64,000 nt of DNA. Source: an uncultured cyanobacterium. Lineage in GTDB: Bacteria; Cyanobacteriota; Cyanobacteriia; Leptolyngbyales; Leptolyngbyaceae. This document shows positions 54,511 through 63,274 of this stretch, in pieces (position 1 is the stretch's first letter; every line of letters begins with the position of its first letter). The notes under the pieces are model-generated. The model was not told where the DNA came from. It made no database searches and saw nothing but the letters and a program-made list of their open reading frames with translations. Made by a program: the position numbers and the translations under genes. The stretch lies in NCBI GenBank assembly GCA_963766075.1, contig CAVYAN010000012.1, forward strand, positions 1 through 64,000. Reading direction: 5' to 3'.

Positions 54511-56346
54511 ATGAGCAAACCCGTCGTGATATGCGTGGACGATGAACCGACCGTTCTCGATAGTCTCAAGATTGAATTGCGACGAGCCCTGGGGGATCAG
54601 TGTTTGATTGAGACGGCGGCGGGGGCAGCGGAAGCCCTGGAGCTGCTGGCTGAGTTGCAGCAAGAACAGTATGACGTGGCGGTGGTGGTTGCCGATTATA
54701 TTATGCCGGGGATGCGGGGGGATGAATTACTGAGGCAGGTGCATTTGCGATCGCCCACGACCCTGACGATTATGCTGAGTGGACAGGCCGATTTGGAGGC
54801 AGTGAGCAATACCATCCGCTACACTCAGCTCTATCGCTACTTGAGCAAGCCGTGGCAATCGGAAGATCTCAGGCTGACGGTGGGGGAAGCGGTGCGCAGC
54901 TATGGGAAAACTCGACAGTTGGATGTGCAGGAGCGGCAACTGCGGCAATTGAATCAGGAACTGGCGCGATCGGTGCAGGAATTGCATCAGGTTGAGGCGG
55001 TGTTGCAGCAGCAGGCGCAGCAGGAAAAAGTTTTGAACCAACTGGTGCAGGCGATTCGTCAGTCCCTAGAATTGTCTACGGTATTTTCGACGGCGGTGAA
55101 TGAGGTGGGACGGGCGTTGCAGGCGGACCGGACCACAATTTTGCACTATCGACCGGACCAGCAAGACTGGCTGATAGTGGCGGATTATTGTTGCGATGCA
55201 GCGGAGCCCAGTCGGGTGGGTACCCGGATTCCGGATCAGGGCAATCCCGTGATGGCTCGCCTGAAGCAGTTTGAAATTGTGCAAGTAGAGGATCCCCATT
55301 TGGCGTCGGAACCGCTGATTCGCCACTTGGCCCAAGAGTATCCGGGCCGTTGGCTGGTGGTGCCCCTAGAGATCCAGGCCCAGGATCGACAAATTTGGGG
55401 AAGCCTAGGGCTATCTCGGACCGATGATCAAGCTCCCTGGCAGAACTGGGAGGTGGAACTGGTGCGGGCGATCGCCGATTCCTTGGAGATCGCCATTCAA
55501 CAGTCGCAACTCTATGCCCAGGTGAAGGCACTCAATGCGTCCCTAGAGCAACAGGTTCAGGACCGCACGGCTCAACTGGAAGCCAGCCTGCAATCCATTC
55601 AGGATCTGAGCCAATTGAAGGATGACTTTCTCCATGCCGTTTCCCATGATCTGCGGATCCCGATTACGGGAATGGTGCTGGTGCTCAAAAACTTCTTGGC
55701 GAAAGCGGCGGATTCGGTCACGGTTTCGCGATCGATTTTGGAGCGGATGGTGGACAGCGGAGAACGCCAGCTCCAAATGCTGGATTCACTGCTGGAAGCC
55801 CATTTTAGTGATTTGCATGGCATTCCTTTGCAGCGAGAGTCGATGAATTTGGGCCAATTGGTGGCGGCTGTTGGCCAGGATTTAGCGCCGCTGGTGGGCC
55901 AAAATCAAGCGACCTTACGCAACCGGGTGCCGCTGGATCTGCCGATGGTCTATGCAGATTCCTTACAAATTCGACGGGTGTTGGAAAATCTGATCTCAAA
56001 TGCGCTGAAGCATAATCCTCCTGGGGTGGAGCTGGTGCTGGAGGCGGGGGCGATTGGGGCCATGGGGGCCGGGGATGGCCGGGGGGCTTGGGTGCGCTGT
56101 GATCTGCGGGATAATGGGGCGGGAATGGACTCGGCTGAGGGGGCGGAGTTGTTTAATCGTTACCGCCGTGGACAGCGCGGGCGGCGATCGCAGGGCATTG
56201 GGTTAGGACTCTATCTGTGTCGGCAAATCATTACGGCCCATGGGGGTGACATTGGGGTCAGTACGGCTCTCGGGCAAGGCTCCACGTTCTGGTTTACCCT
56301 GCCAGTGCAACCGACAACGGCAAAACCATTGCCGACTCGAACTTGA
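54511..56346 (+). CDS. Hybrid sensor histidine kinase (REC-GAF-HisKA-HATPase)
   Basis: CVDDE..DYIMP; GAF (ADRTTI...LVVPL); SHDLR.P; NLISNALKH; GLGL. Confidence 0.93.
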   Translation: MSKPVVICVDDEPTVLDSLKIELRRALGDQCLIETAAGAAEALELLAELQQEQYDVAVVVADYIMPGMRGDELLRQVHLRSPTTLTIMLSGQADLEAVSNTIRYTQLYRYLSKPWQSEDLRLTVGEAVRSYGKTRQLDVQERQLRQLNQELARSVQELHQVEAVLQQQAQQEKVLNQLVQAIRQSLELSTVFSTAVNEVGRALQADRTTILHYRPDQQDWLIVADYCCDAAEPSRVGTRIPDQGNPVMARLKQFEIVQVEDPHLASEPLIRHLAQEYPGRWLVVPLEIQAQDRQIWGSLGLSRTDDQAPWQNWEVELVRAIADSLEIAIQQSQLYAQVKALNASLEQQVQDRTAQLEASLQSIQDLSQLKDDFLHAVSHDLRIPITGMVLVLKNFLAKAADSVTVSRSILERMVDSGERQLQMLDSLLEAHFSDLHGIPLQRESMNLGQLVAAVGQDLAPLVGQNQATLRNRVPLDLPMVYADSLQIRRVLENLISNALKHNPPGVELVLEAGAIGAMGAGDGRGAWVRCDLRDNGAGMDSAEGAELFNRYRRGQRGRRSQGIGLGLYLCRQIITAHGGDIGVSTALGQGSTFWFTLPVQPTTAKPLPTRT

Positions 56347-56537
56347 TTATTTCTAGGGGGAGTAGGCGATTTTGATCATTTTCTGGTGCGGGTTCAGGAA
56401 CTGGATGCCCTCGGGGTGATTCTACTGTAATGATTCTGTGGAAATGATTCTGTGGATTAGAGGGCGGCTTTGGCCCTGTCACTTCTGATTGCCCTAGAAT
56501 CAGGCCAGCTCATCCAGCCCTGTAAGGTACGTTTCCT

Positions 56538-57755
56538 ATGCGAATACTGGTCCCAACCCTGCTCTCCACTCCCCTGTTGGCGATCGCCGTTGCCGCCCTT
56601 CCCCTCACTGCCGCGCCGCCGCCCACGGGCTCGGAACAGGTGGCCGCCTTTATGCAAGCCCAGCGATCGCAGTTGGCCACGTCTGCAAAAACCCGCGCGG
56701 CCCTGGATGCCCTCTGCCACCAGCGGGACTGCGATGCCTCTGGCCTGTTCTGGTATACCGACTGGGATGCGGCCAAAGCCGCTGCCCAGGCCAGTGGTAA
56801 ACCGATTTTGTCCCTGCGCCTGCTGGGCAATCTGGATGAAGATTTGAGCTGTGCCAATAGCCGCTTTTTCCGGGTGGCGCTGTATCCCAATTTGGCGGTG
56901 CGCCAAATGCTGCGCGATCGCTACATTCTGCACTGGCAGTCGGTGCGGCCCGTGCCCAAAGTCACCGTGGATTTTGGCGATGGCCGCAAGCTGGAGCGGA
57001 CCCTCACGGGCAATAGCATTCACTACATCACCACGCCCACGGGAGAACCGATTGAGGCCCTACCGGGACTCTACGGTCCCCAGGCGTTTTTGCGGCACCT
57101 GGAACAGGCGGCAACAGCCGTGCGGAATTACCAGGCGCAGCCCGAGGCCGATCGCCGTCGGTTCCTGGAAGCGTATCACCGCGATCGCCTCATGGCCTTG
57201 CAAACCCAGTGGGCCAAGGACTTGCAGGCTATTGGGGCCAAACCGCCTGTTTTGGCGAGTCTCACGCCCAGTGCCAATGCCCCCAGCGCGATTGATGCGG
57301 GCCGGATTGCTGTCAGTAAGGCCATGGTCGAGAGTCCCTTGGTGATGGCGGCGCGATCGGCGGCGAATCAGAATCAAACGGCCCTGACCGAAATTACGGA
57401 TGCGGCCACGTGGGCCAAGCTGGCGGCGCGCTATGCGGGGGATGCCCAGCTTGATGCCAACAGTCGCCAGTTGATGCAACGCAAAACCGGGGCCAAGACC
57501 GCCGCCGCCCTTGCCGCCACGGTTCAAGCCTTTGAAGCCAGTATGGCCCTGGATAGCATTCGCAATGAGTATCTGCTTCACAGTCAGTTGCACCAGTGGT
57601 TTATTGCGGGCCCGATCGCCGGGACAGGCAGTCTGGAGCAGTTGAATGCGCGGGTGTATGCCCAACTGTTTTTAACGCCCGATCGCGATCCCTGGTTGGG
57701 ACTGGTGGGGCCGGAGAGTTTTTCGGCGATCGAGGGCGATGGCATTCGGCAGTAA
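56538..57755 (+). CDS. Exported hypothetical protein with thioredoxin-like domain
   Basis: Signal peptide; WYTDWDAAKAAAQASGKPIL...SCANSR...V...L...YILHW pattern. Confidence 0.7.
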   Translation: MRILVPTLLSTPLLAIAVAALPLTAAPPPTGSEQVAAFMQAQRSQLATSAKTRAALDALCHQRDCDASGLFWYTDWDAAKAAAQASGKPILSLRLLGNLDEDLSCANSRFFRVALYPNLAVRQMLRDRYILHWQSVRPVPKVTVDFGDGRKLERTLTGNSIHYITTPTGEPIEALPGLYGPQAFLRHLEQAATAVRNYQAQPEADRRRFLEAYHRDRLMALQTQWAKDLQAIGAKPPVLASLTPSANAPSAIDAGRIAVSKAMVESPLVMAARSAANQNQTALTEITDAATWAKLAARYAGDAQLDANSRQLMQRKTGAKTAAALAATVQAFEASMALDSIRNEYLLHSQLHQWFIAGPIAGTGSLEQLNARVYAQLFLTPDRDPWLGLVGPESFSAIEGDGIRQ

Positions 57756-57763
57756 GCCCATTT

Positions 57764-57778
57764 AGATTCCCGGCATCT
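57764..57778. repeat. Left half of REP-like palindrome (AGATTCCCGGCATCT)
   Basis: Near reverse complement of 58434-58449; resembles the left arm of the palindromes at 61748-61810. Confidence 0.6.
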
Positions 57779-57834
57779 GGAGCACTCCCGGTTATTCCGA
57801 CAAATTCATCGGTGTTAGAGTAAACCCAATCCTG

Positions 57835-58113
57835 ATGAAATCTGACCCCATGCCCAGACAACTTACGATCGCCCAAGCGCAACAACAATTGCCGAACTTC
57901 CCCAACGATCTCACCGACGAACCCATTATCATCACCCAAGATGGTGTTCCGGTCATCGCGGCCCTTAGCTATGTCCACCTCGCCGAATTGCTCGAAACTT
58001 TAGATATTCTCACTGACACGGAATTTGTCACGAAGCTGCGCCAAAGCATGCTTCAGTCAACAGAAGGCAACACCATTGATTGGGAGAGCGCCAAAGTCCA
58101 ACTGGGATTATGA
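57835..58113 (+). CDS. Phd/YefM antitoxin
   Basis: LTI..AQ..L...EPIIITQDG.PV...LLETLDIL. Confidence 0.88.
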   Translation: MKSDPMPRQLTIAQAQQQLPNFPNDLTDEPIIITQDGVPVIAALSYVHLAELLETLDILTDTEFVTKLRQSMLQSTEGNTIDWESAKVQLGL

Positions 58114-58433
58114 GCGAGGCAAATCCGATTGCATACCAAATTCAACTCACAGCCTTGGCCCTAGAAATGCTGGCTGCGGTTAAAGATCGGCGAGAGCAAG
58201 AAAAACTGGGCGATCGCATTGACCAACTCAAAAGCGAACCTGAAAAACAAGGTAAAGCTTTGTTAGACAACCTTTCTGGCTTTCGCAGCATTCGAGCGGT
58301 TGGGCAGCGCTATCGCATCGTCTATAAGGTTGAGTCAGAGCGAGTCCTGGTTTTAGTCGTGGGCATTGGCAGGCGCAAGGATGGCGACAAAAAAGATATT
58401 TACACCGTGCTGGCAAAATTAATGGGCGAGTAA
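58110..58433 (+). CDS. RelE/ParE toxin
   Basis: GK.L...LSGFRSIR...RYRIVY.V....VLV..IG.R; ATGA overlap with the antitoxin. Confidence 0.9.
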   Translation: MSEANPIAYQIQLTALALEMLAAVKDRREQEKLGDRIDQLKSEPEKQGKALLDNLSGFRSIRAVGQRYRIVYKVESERVLVLVVGIGRRKDGDKKDIYTVLAKLMGE

Positions 58434-58449
58434 AGATCGCCGGGGATCT
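58434..58449. repeat. Right half of REP-like palindrome (AGATCGCCGGGGATCT)
   Basis: Begins at the first base after the toxin stop; GCCGGGGATCT is identical to 61800-61810. Confidence 0.65.
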
Positions 58450-58479
58450 GGAGAAGCGCCGTGATAGGTATGGCGCTTT

Positions 58480-59346
58480 ATGCCTCGCCAACCGCGTCAA
58501 CTCAAACCTGCCTTGTGCTATCACATTACGCTGCGCTGCAACAATCGCGAGTTTCGCCTGACCCGCTTTGAATGTCGGGAAGTGTTGCTGTATGCGATTC
58601 AGAAATACCGGAATCGATACGGCTTTAAGCTCTATGCGCTGTGCATCATGAGCAATCATGTGCATTATCTCCTGGAGCCGTTGCAGCCAGAGGATTTGCC
58701 TAAAATCATGCAGGGGTTGAACTGGTATACCGCCATGTGTTTTAACCGCATGCAGAACCGGACGGGCCACTTTTGGGAGAAGCGGTATCACAGTACGGCG
58801 GTGCCGAATGGGGATCATCGCCGGGTGCTGAATACACTGCGGTATATTCACGGCAATCCCAAGGCGGCCCAGATGCAGCAGGGCTGGTTTTATGACTTTA
58901 GCAACTACGGCACCTATGATCGCCTGACGGATGATGGCCTGACCCAGTGGCATCCGGCGTTTTTGGCGTTGGGGACGACGCTGGATATTTGTGCGGCGGC
59001 CTATCGCAAGTTTTGTCAGAAGTATCGTCCGATGCCCAAGTCGGAGCGGCGGAGCCACTGGGGAAGCAAGCTGTTAGCGAAGCTGAAGACCAAGGGCAAG
59101 CCCAAGAAAGTAAGTCCAGGGCAAAAGAGTTTGTGGGAGGAGTGGGAGGCACCGATGGCGGAAATTGAGGAGGTGGCGGAAAAGTTTGTGCGGGCGAATG
59201 CCTATAACCCGGAGATTGCCAGCCTACAATTTAGTTCGTCTAAATTTTATTCCGAAAATGAGCTGGAGGCGATGGGGCGGTGCCAGGTACCGGATCCTGA
59301 AAATGCCGATTCCAGGGTCGATTCAGACCCAGGTGAAAATCTTTAA
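58480..59346 (+). mobile_element. REP-associated tyrosine transposase (RAYT; HUH/Y1, IS200-related)
   Basis: MPRQPR..YHIT.RCNNR, HUH motif MSNHVH, GHFWEKRY, catalytic YIHGNP; C-terminal extension. Confidence 0.88.
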
Positions 59347-59368
59347 AAACGGCTAAGAGCCAGACGTG

Positions 59369-61639
59369 CTACAGTTTACAAGTCTCCACGCGAGAGAAGA
59401 GAACCAACCACCCAACCCAAACTCCCAACAAACCCCACCCTACCAACCCCCTCGGTAATTCTCCAATGAGGGAATTTAGGGGATCGTATTTGAGGTCGGT
59501 GCTGCTCACCCAGTGATTATCCTTGCGCCAGCCGACGCGATCGCCAAACTTTTCCCAGATTTCATCGCTTGGGTACTTGCCGTCTAGTGTAGCACCGCAT
59601 TCGGCGTAGATTTTTTTCTGCACGCTAAAGCCAAATTTGCCGTTGCTGTACTGCACCCACAGCCGATCCAGAATCAATAAGTCCTCGCAGGGAAAATTTT
59701 CCAGATCTTTCCGGTCAAACCATTGCCCCTCTTCCTTACCCACCGTGGTGATCATCAGCCGATAGGTCTCCTGGTCGGCTTCGCGCCACTGCCCCGCCTG
59801 CATCATCGCCTCCAGGGCCGCGTAGCGCGAGGTTTCCACCGTTTGCCGAAGCTGTTCAATGGCCGCTGTCAGGGCTGGGGGAATCTGCTTCGTGGTTTCG
59901 GGCAAACAGGCATAGGCCAGGTCTGCCGCGCCGCGATCCAGCATGGCTTGGATCAGGCTACTGGGATTTTTGACTTGGGCCGCGTAGAGCAAAAGGGTGG
60001 GTTTCCATTCCAGATCCGTAAATCGCTCATACAGCAAACTTTCCTGCTGCTGTTGCAGAATTTCCCGCGCTGCTAAATATTCCTGAAAGCTCCAATGGGC
60101 AAACTCGTAGGTATCGGCGTCTTTTTCCACCAGCAGTTCGCTAATCTGCACCACAGCGTCGAGAAACTGCTGGGCCTCAGCGGTTTCATTTTCGGCCTGG
60201 AGATGGGCAGCTAGCCGTCGCCGCAGCGTCGTCCGATCAATGCTCTTTTCGCGGCCATTCAGCAGCATTTCCAGGGCTAGCCGCTGCAAAATTTTCTGAG
60301 CATCAGACTCGATGAGCAACGTTTCCAGGGCTTTGGCCCCCGGACGATGCTTCAGTTGCAGATCACAAATGCCTTGGTACAGTTCCACCCGACGATCCGG
60401 CAGCTTGGCCGTGGGATTCAAGCGGTGAAAGGCGGTGATCATGTTCAGCAACAAGGGAATACTAGCCAAATCCTGAATTTCCGGTCGGGCCTGGATTTGG
60501 CTGAGCAATTCCTCGGCGGCCTCATTGGCGGCAGCCCGGACATCCGCCCCATCGCGCCCATTGTTGGCGTAGCGCTCTTGGTACAGGTAGCACTGCTGCA
60601 CAAATTGCCGCTGCTGGGTCAGGTCAAACGGTTCCACCCACAGGGTCATCCGCATTTCTAGCCGATTGGTTTCGGCCTGCTGGCGGTAGGCTTTAGGGCG
60701 CGAAGTCAGGATAAAAATGGAGGCACTTTTGCTGTACTGCTGCATTTGCTGGTTAATCCAGGTGGCAATCACGGCCTGCTTATCCTTCGGCACTTCATCC
60801 AGACCATCCAGCAGCACCAGCATTTTGCCCTGCTTCAGCAAATTTTTGGCCCAATCGGGCGGCAGCTTGACTTCACCGCCTCCGGGCAGGCGGGCCACAT
60901 GGTACATTTCAATCACGTGACCAAGCTGGGCAGCGGCTCCAGTTAGCTCCTGGGTGGCCAAGCACTTTTTCCAGCAGTCGCCCAGGGACAACAATACGGG
61001 CACCCGCGCCGACACGCCATAGCGCTGCTGCTGCTGACTGCTGTAGATGTAGGCAATGTGTTTGAGCAGCGTCGTTTTGCCGAAGCCGCCCCAAGCCACG
61101 ATCGCCATTTGCCGAAAGAGGGGCTGCTGTTCGGCTTGCTTCAGCAAATGCCAAATTTTGAAATGTCTGCTCTGGAGGTGGCTCAACTGCTCACGTTCCT
61201 GGCCTTGCAGGGTTTGCCACCCGGCGGCGATCGCCCCGGTATCCAGGGTCAAATCCACAAAGATTTCTTCCAGCAGAGGCACATAGCTCTGCATGATGCC
61301 CTGGCAGCGATCGGTCTGGCAGTCGAGTTTCTGCGCTTCTAAGTACTTGGCGTCAACGCCTGTGGCTTTGGCGATCGCGTTTTGAGCGGTTTTCTCGGCG
61401 GCGGTTGCGCTCGCTTCACCAATTTGATCCGCACCCTTTTTGATTTTCTTGAGCGTTGGCTCCACGAGGGCATAGAGGATGGTTCCTCCGCCCAAAATGC
61501 CCGCGCCAACGGGGACTTGCAGCCAATTACTCGTGCTGATCAGGGAAACTAGCCCTCCGGCACCACTGGCTAAAACTACTGGGACGGCTTTTTTGAGGAG
61601 CCATTCCGCCGCTTTCTCATTCCGCTGTTGTTCTGGCAT
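59369..61639 (-). CDS. TM-NACHT-GUN4 domain protein
   Basis: N-terminal hydrophobic hairpin; Walker A AWGGFGKTT, Walker B LLDGLDE, LTSR, PLLL.M, F.H.SFQEYLAA; GUN4 (W.EAD.ET, FPC.DL..LD.LW..YS.G.FGFSVQK.I). Confidence 0.9.
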   Translation of the reverse strand: MPEQQRNEKAAEWLLKKAVPVVLASGAGGLVSLISTSNWLQVPVGAGILGGGTILYALVEPTLKKIKKGADQIGEASATAAEKTAQNAIAKATGVDAKYLEAQKLDCQTDRCQGIMQSYVPLLEEIFVDLTLDTGAIAAGWQTLQGQEREQLSHLQSRHFKIWHLLKQAEQQPLFRQMAIVAWGGFGKTTLLKHIAYIYSSQQQQRYGVSARVPVLLSLGDCWKKCLATQELTGAAAQLGHVIEMYHVARLPGGGEVKLPPDWAKNLLKQGKMLVLLDGLDEVPKDKQAVIATWINQQMQQYSKSASIFILTSRPKAYRQQAETNRLEMRMTLWVEPFDLTQQRQFVQQCYLYQERYANNGRDGADVRAAANEAAEELLSQIQARPEIQDLASIPLLLNMITAFHRLNPTAKLPDRRVELYQGICDLQLKHRPGAKALETLLIESDAQKILQRLALEMLLNGREKSIDRTTLRRRLAAHLQAENETAEAQQFLDAVVQISELLVEKDADTYEFAHWSFQEYLAAREILQQQQESLLYERFTDLEWKPTLLLYAAQVKNPSSLIQAMLDRGAADLAYACLPETTKQIPPALTAAIEQLRQTVETSRYAALEAMMQAGQWREADQETYRLMITTVGKEEGQWFDRKDLENFPCEDLLILDRLWVQYSNGKFGFSVQKKIYAECGATLDGKYPSDEIWEKFGDRVGWRKDNHWVSSTDLKYDPLNSLIGELPRGLVGWGLLGVWVGWLVLFSRVETCKL

Positions 61640-61747
61640 ACCGATAAATTGGGGGGCGATGGGGAGGAGCGATCGCAATCTAAACCTCCCCCAATCTTAG
61701 TGCGCTTCCCGAAATCCTTCCGCCCCACTGACAAGGGCAACACGCAA

Positions 61748-61810
61748 AGATCCCCGGCATTTTGAAATGCCGGGGATCCGGGGAGGCATCTCTAAAAATG
61801 CCGGGGATCT
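61748..61810. repeat. REP-like palindrome cluster (one perfect 14-bp-arm copy plus a partial copy); may also terminate the protease gene
   Basis: GATCCCCGGCATTT-TG-AAATGCCGGGGATC then GGCATCTCTAAAAATGCCGGGGATCT. Confidence 0.85.
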
Positions 61811-61816
61811 AGACCC

Positions 61817-63103
61817 TTACTTGGCTGCTCTGGGCATCGTCCCTTGGGCCTTAATTTGCTGCGTCAACACATCCAGCGCCTTCGCATACTGGGGATCCGC
61901 CGGAGTACCAATCTTGGCCCGATCCTGCCCCAGTTCCTTCCGCTGAGCATCCGTCAGCTTGATCACCACATCCGGGTCAATCCCATGCTTATTAATATCC
62001 CGCCCATTCGGCGTCAAATACTTGGCAATGGTCACCGCCAACCCCGAACCATCCCCCAAACCCCGAACCGACTGCACCAATCCCTTCCCAAAGGTTTGCG
62101 TCCCCACGATCGCCGCCCGCTTATTATCCTGCAACGCCCCCGACAAAATTTCACTAGCACTGGCCGATCCACCATCCACCAGCACCACCAAGGGCTTCGT
62201 CGTCAAAGCCCGATTGTTCGCCGCCTCCGGCTCCTTGTGGCCTTGGCGATCCACCGTCGAAACAATCCCCCCCTACTTCAGCCACATCCGGGCAATTTCA
62301 ATACTGGCTTGCAGCAATCCCCCCGGATTCGATCGCATATCCAACACATAGCCCGTCGCCTGCTGCTGCTCCAGCTTGGTAATGGCTTCCCGCATTTCCT
62401 TCGGAGCCCCGGCGCTGAACTGCACCAGACGAATATAGCCAATTTTCCCCGTCGGTCCCTGCTGCATACTGAAGCGGACCGGATGAATCTCGATGCGGGC
62501 GCGCTTCAGCGGCACGACCAGTTCCTGGGTGCCTCGCAGAATCGTCAAGGTCACCTTGCTGCCCGCCGGACCCCGAATCAGATTGACGGCGGCATTCACA
62601 TCCATGCCATCGGTACTCTTACCGTCAATTTTGCTGATGATGTCCTTGGACTGGATGCCCGCCGCAAAGGCCGGAGAATCCTCAATTGGAGAAATCACCG
62701 TCAGTTTCTTAGTTTTCTCATCGGCAGCCAGCTGGATCCCGACCCCAAATAACTCGCCAGAGGTATCAATTTGCAGGTTTTTGAATTCCTTCGGGTCCAT
62801 AAACCGGGTGTAGGGATCGCCCAGCTTCTTCACCATCTCGCGGATGGATTTGTAGGCTTGTTCCTTATCCGTATAGGACTTATTCAGGTACTCGGTACGC
62901 ACCTTCTTCCAATCCACTTGGTTGAAGGTGGCATCCACATAGGTGCGATCAATAATCTGCCACACTTCATCTATCAGTTCCTTAGGACTATCCCGAAAGA
63001 AGGCTTGCCCTTCGGAAAGATGGAGTCCTGCGCCGGTGATGGTGACAGCAGCAACCGCGATCGCCGTAGCACCGAGCACGACTTTGTGGGGAATAGTCAC
63101 CAT
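61817..63103 (-). CDS. C-terminal processing protease (S41A, CtpC-like) with in-frame TAG at 62273-62275
   Basis: [43 protein letters not shown]; the two ORF-track pieces are in the same frame. Confidence 0.9.
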
Positions 63104-63274
63104 AGTGAAACCCAAAGTAAAGACTGTGAAGATCATGCTCAATCTAGCACAGCCCGTTAGAGGTGATCGGATTTTGGGGGTTGGATTTTGGACTGTACCG
63201 CTGAGTTCGGCTCCCGCTTGGGGCGCGCGCGCATTAAATCAGGCCCATTAAATCCAGAAATCAGGCCCATTAAA

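Noticed and set aside
58228..59058. 276-aa minus-strand ORF opposite the RAYT
   Set aside because: Antisense shadow, like the many other long off-strand ORFs in this GC-rich sequence.
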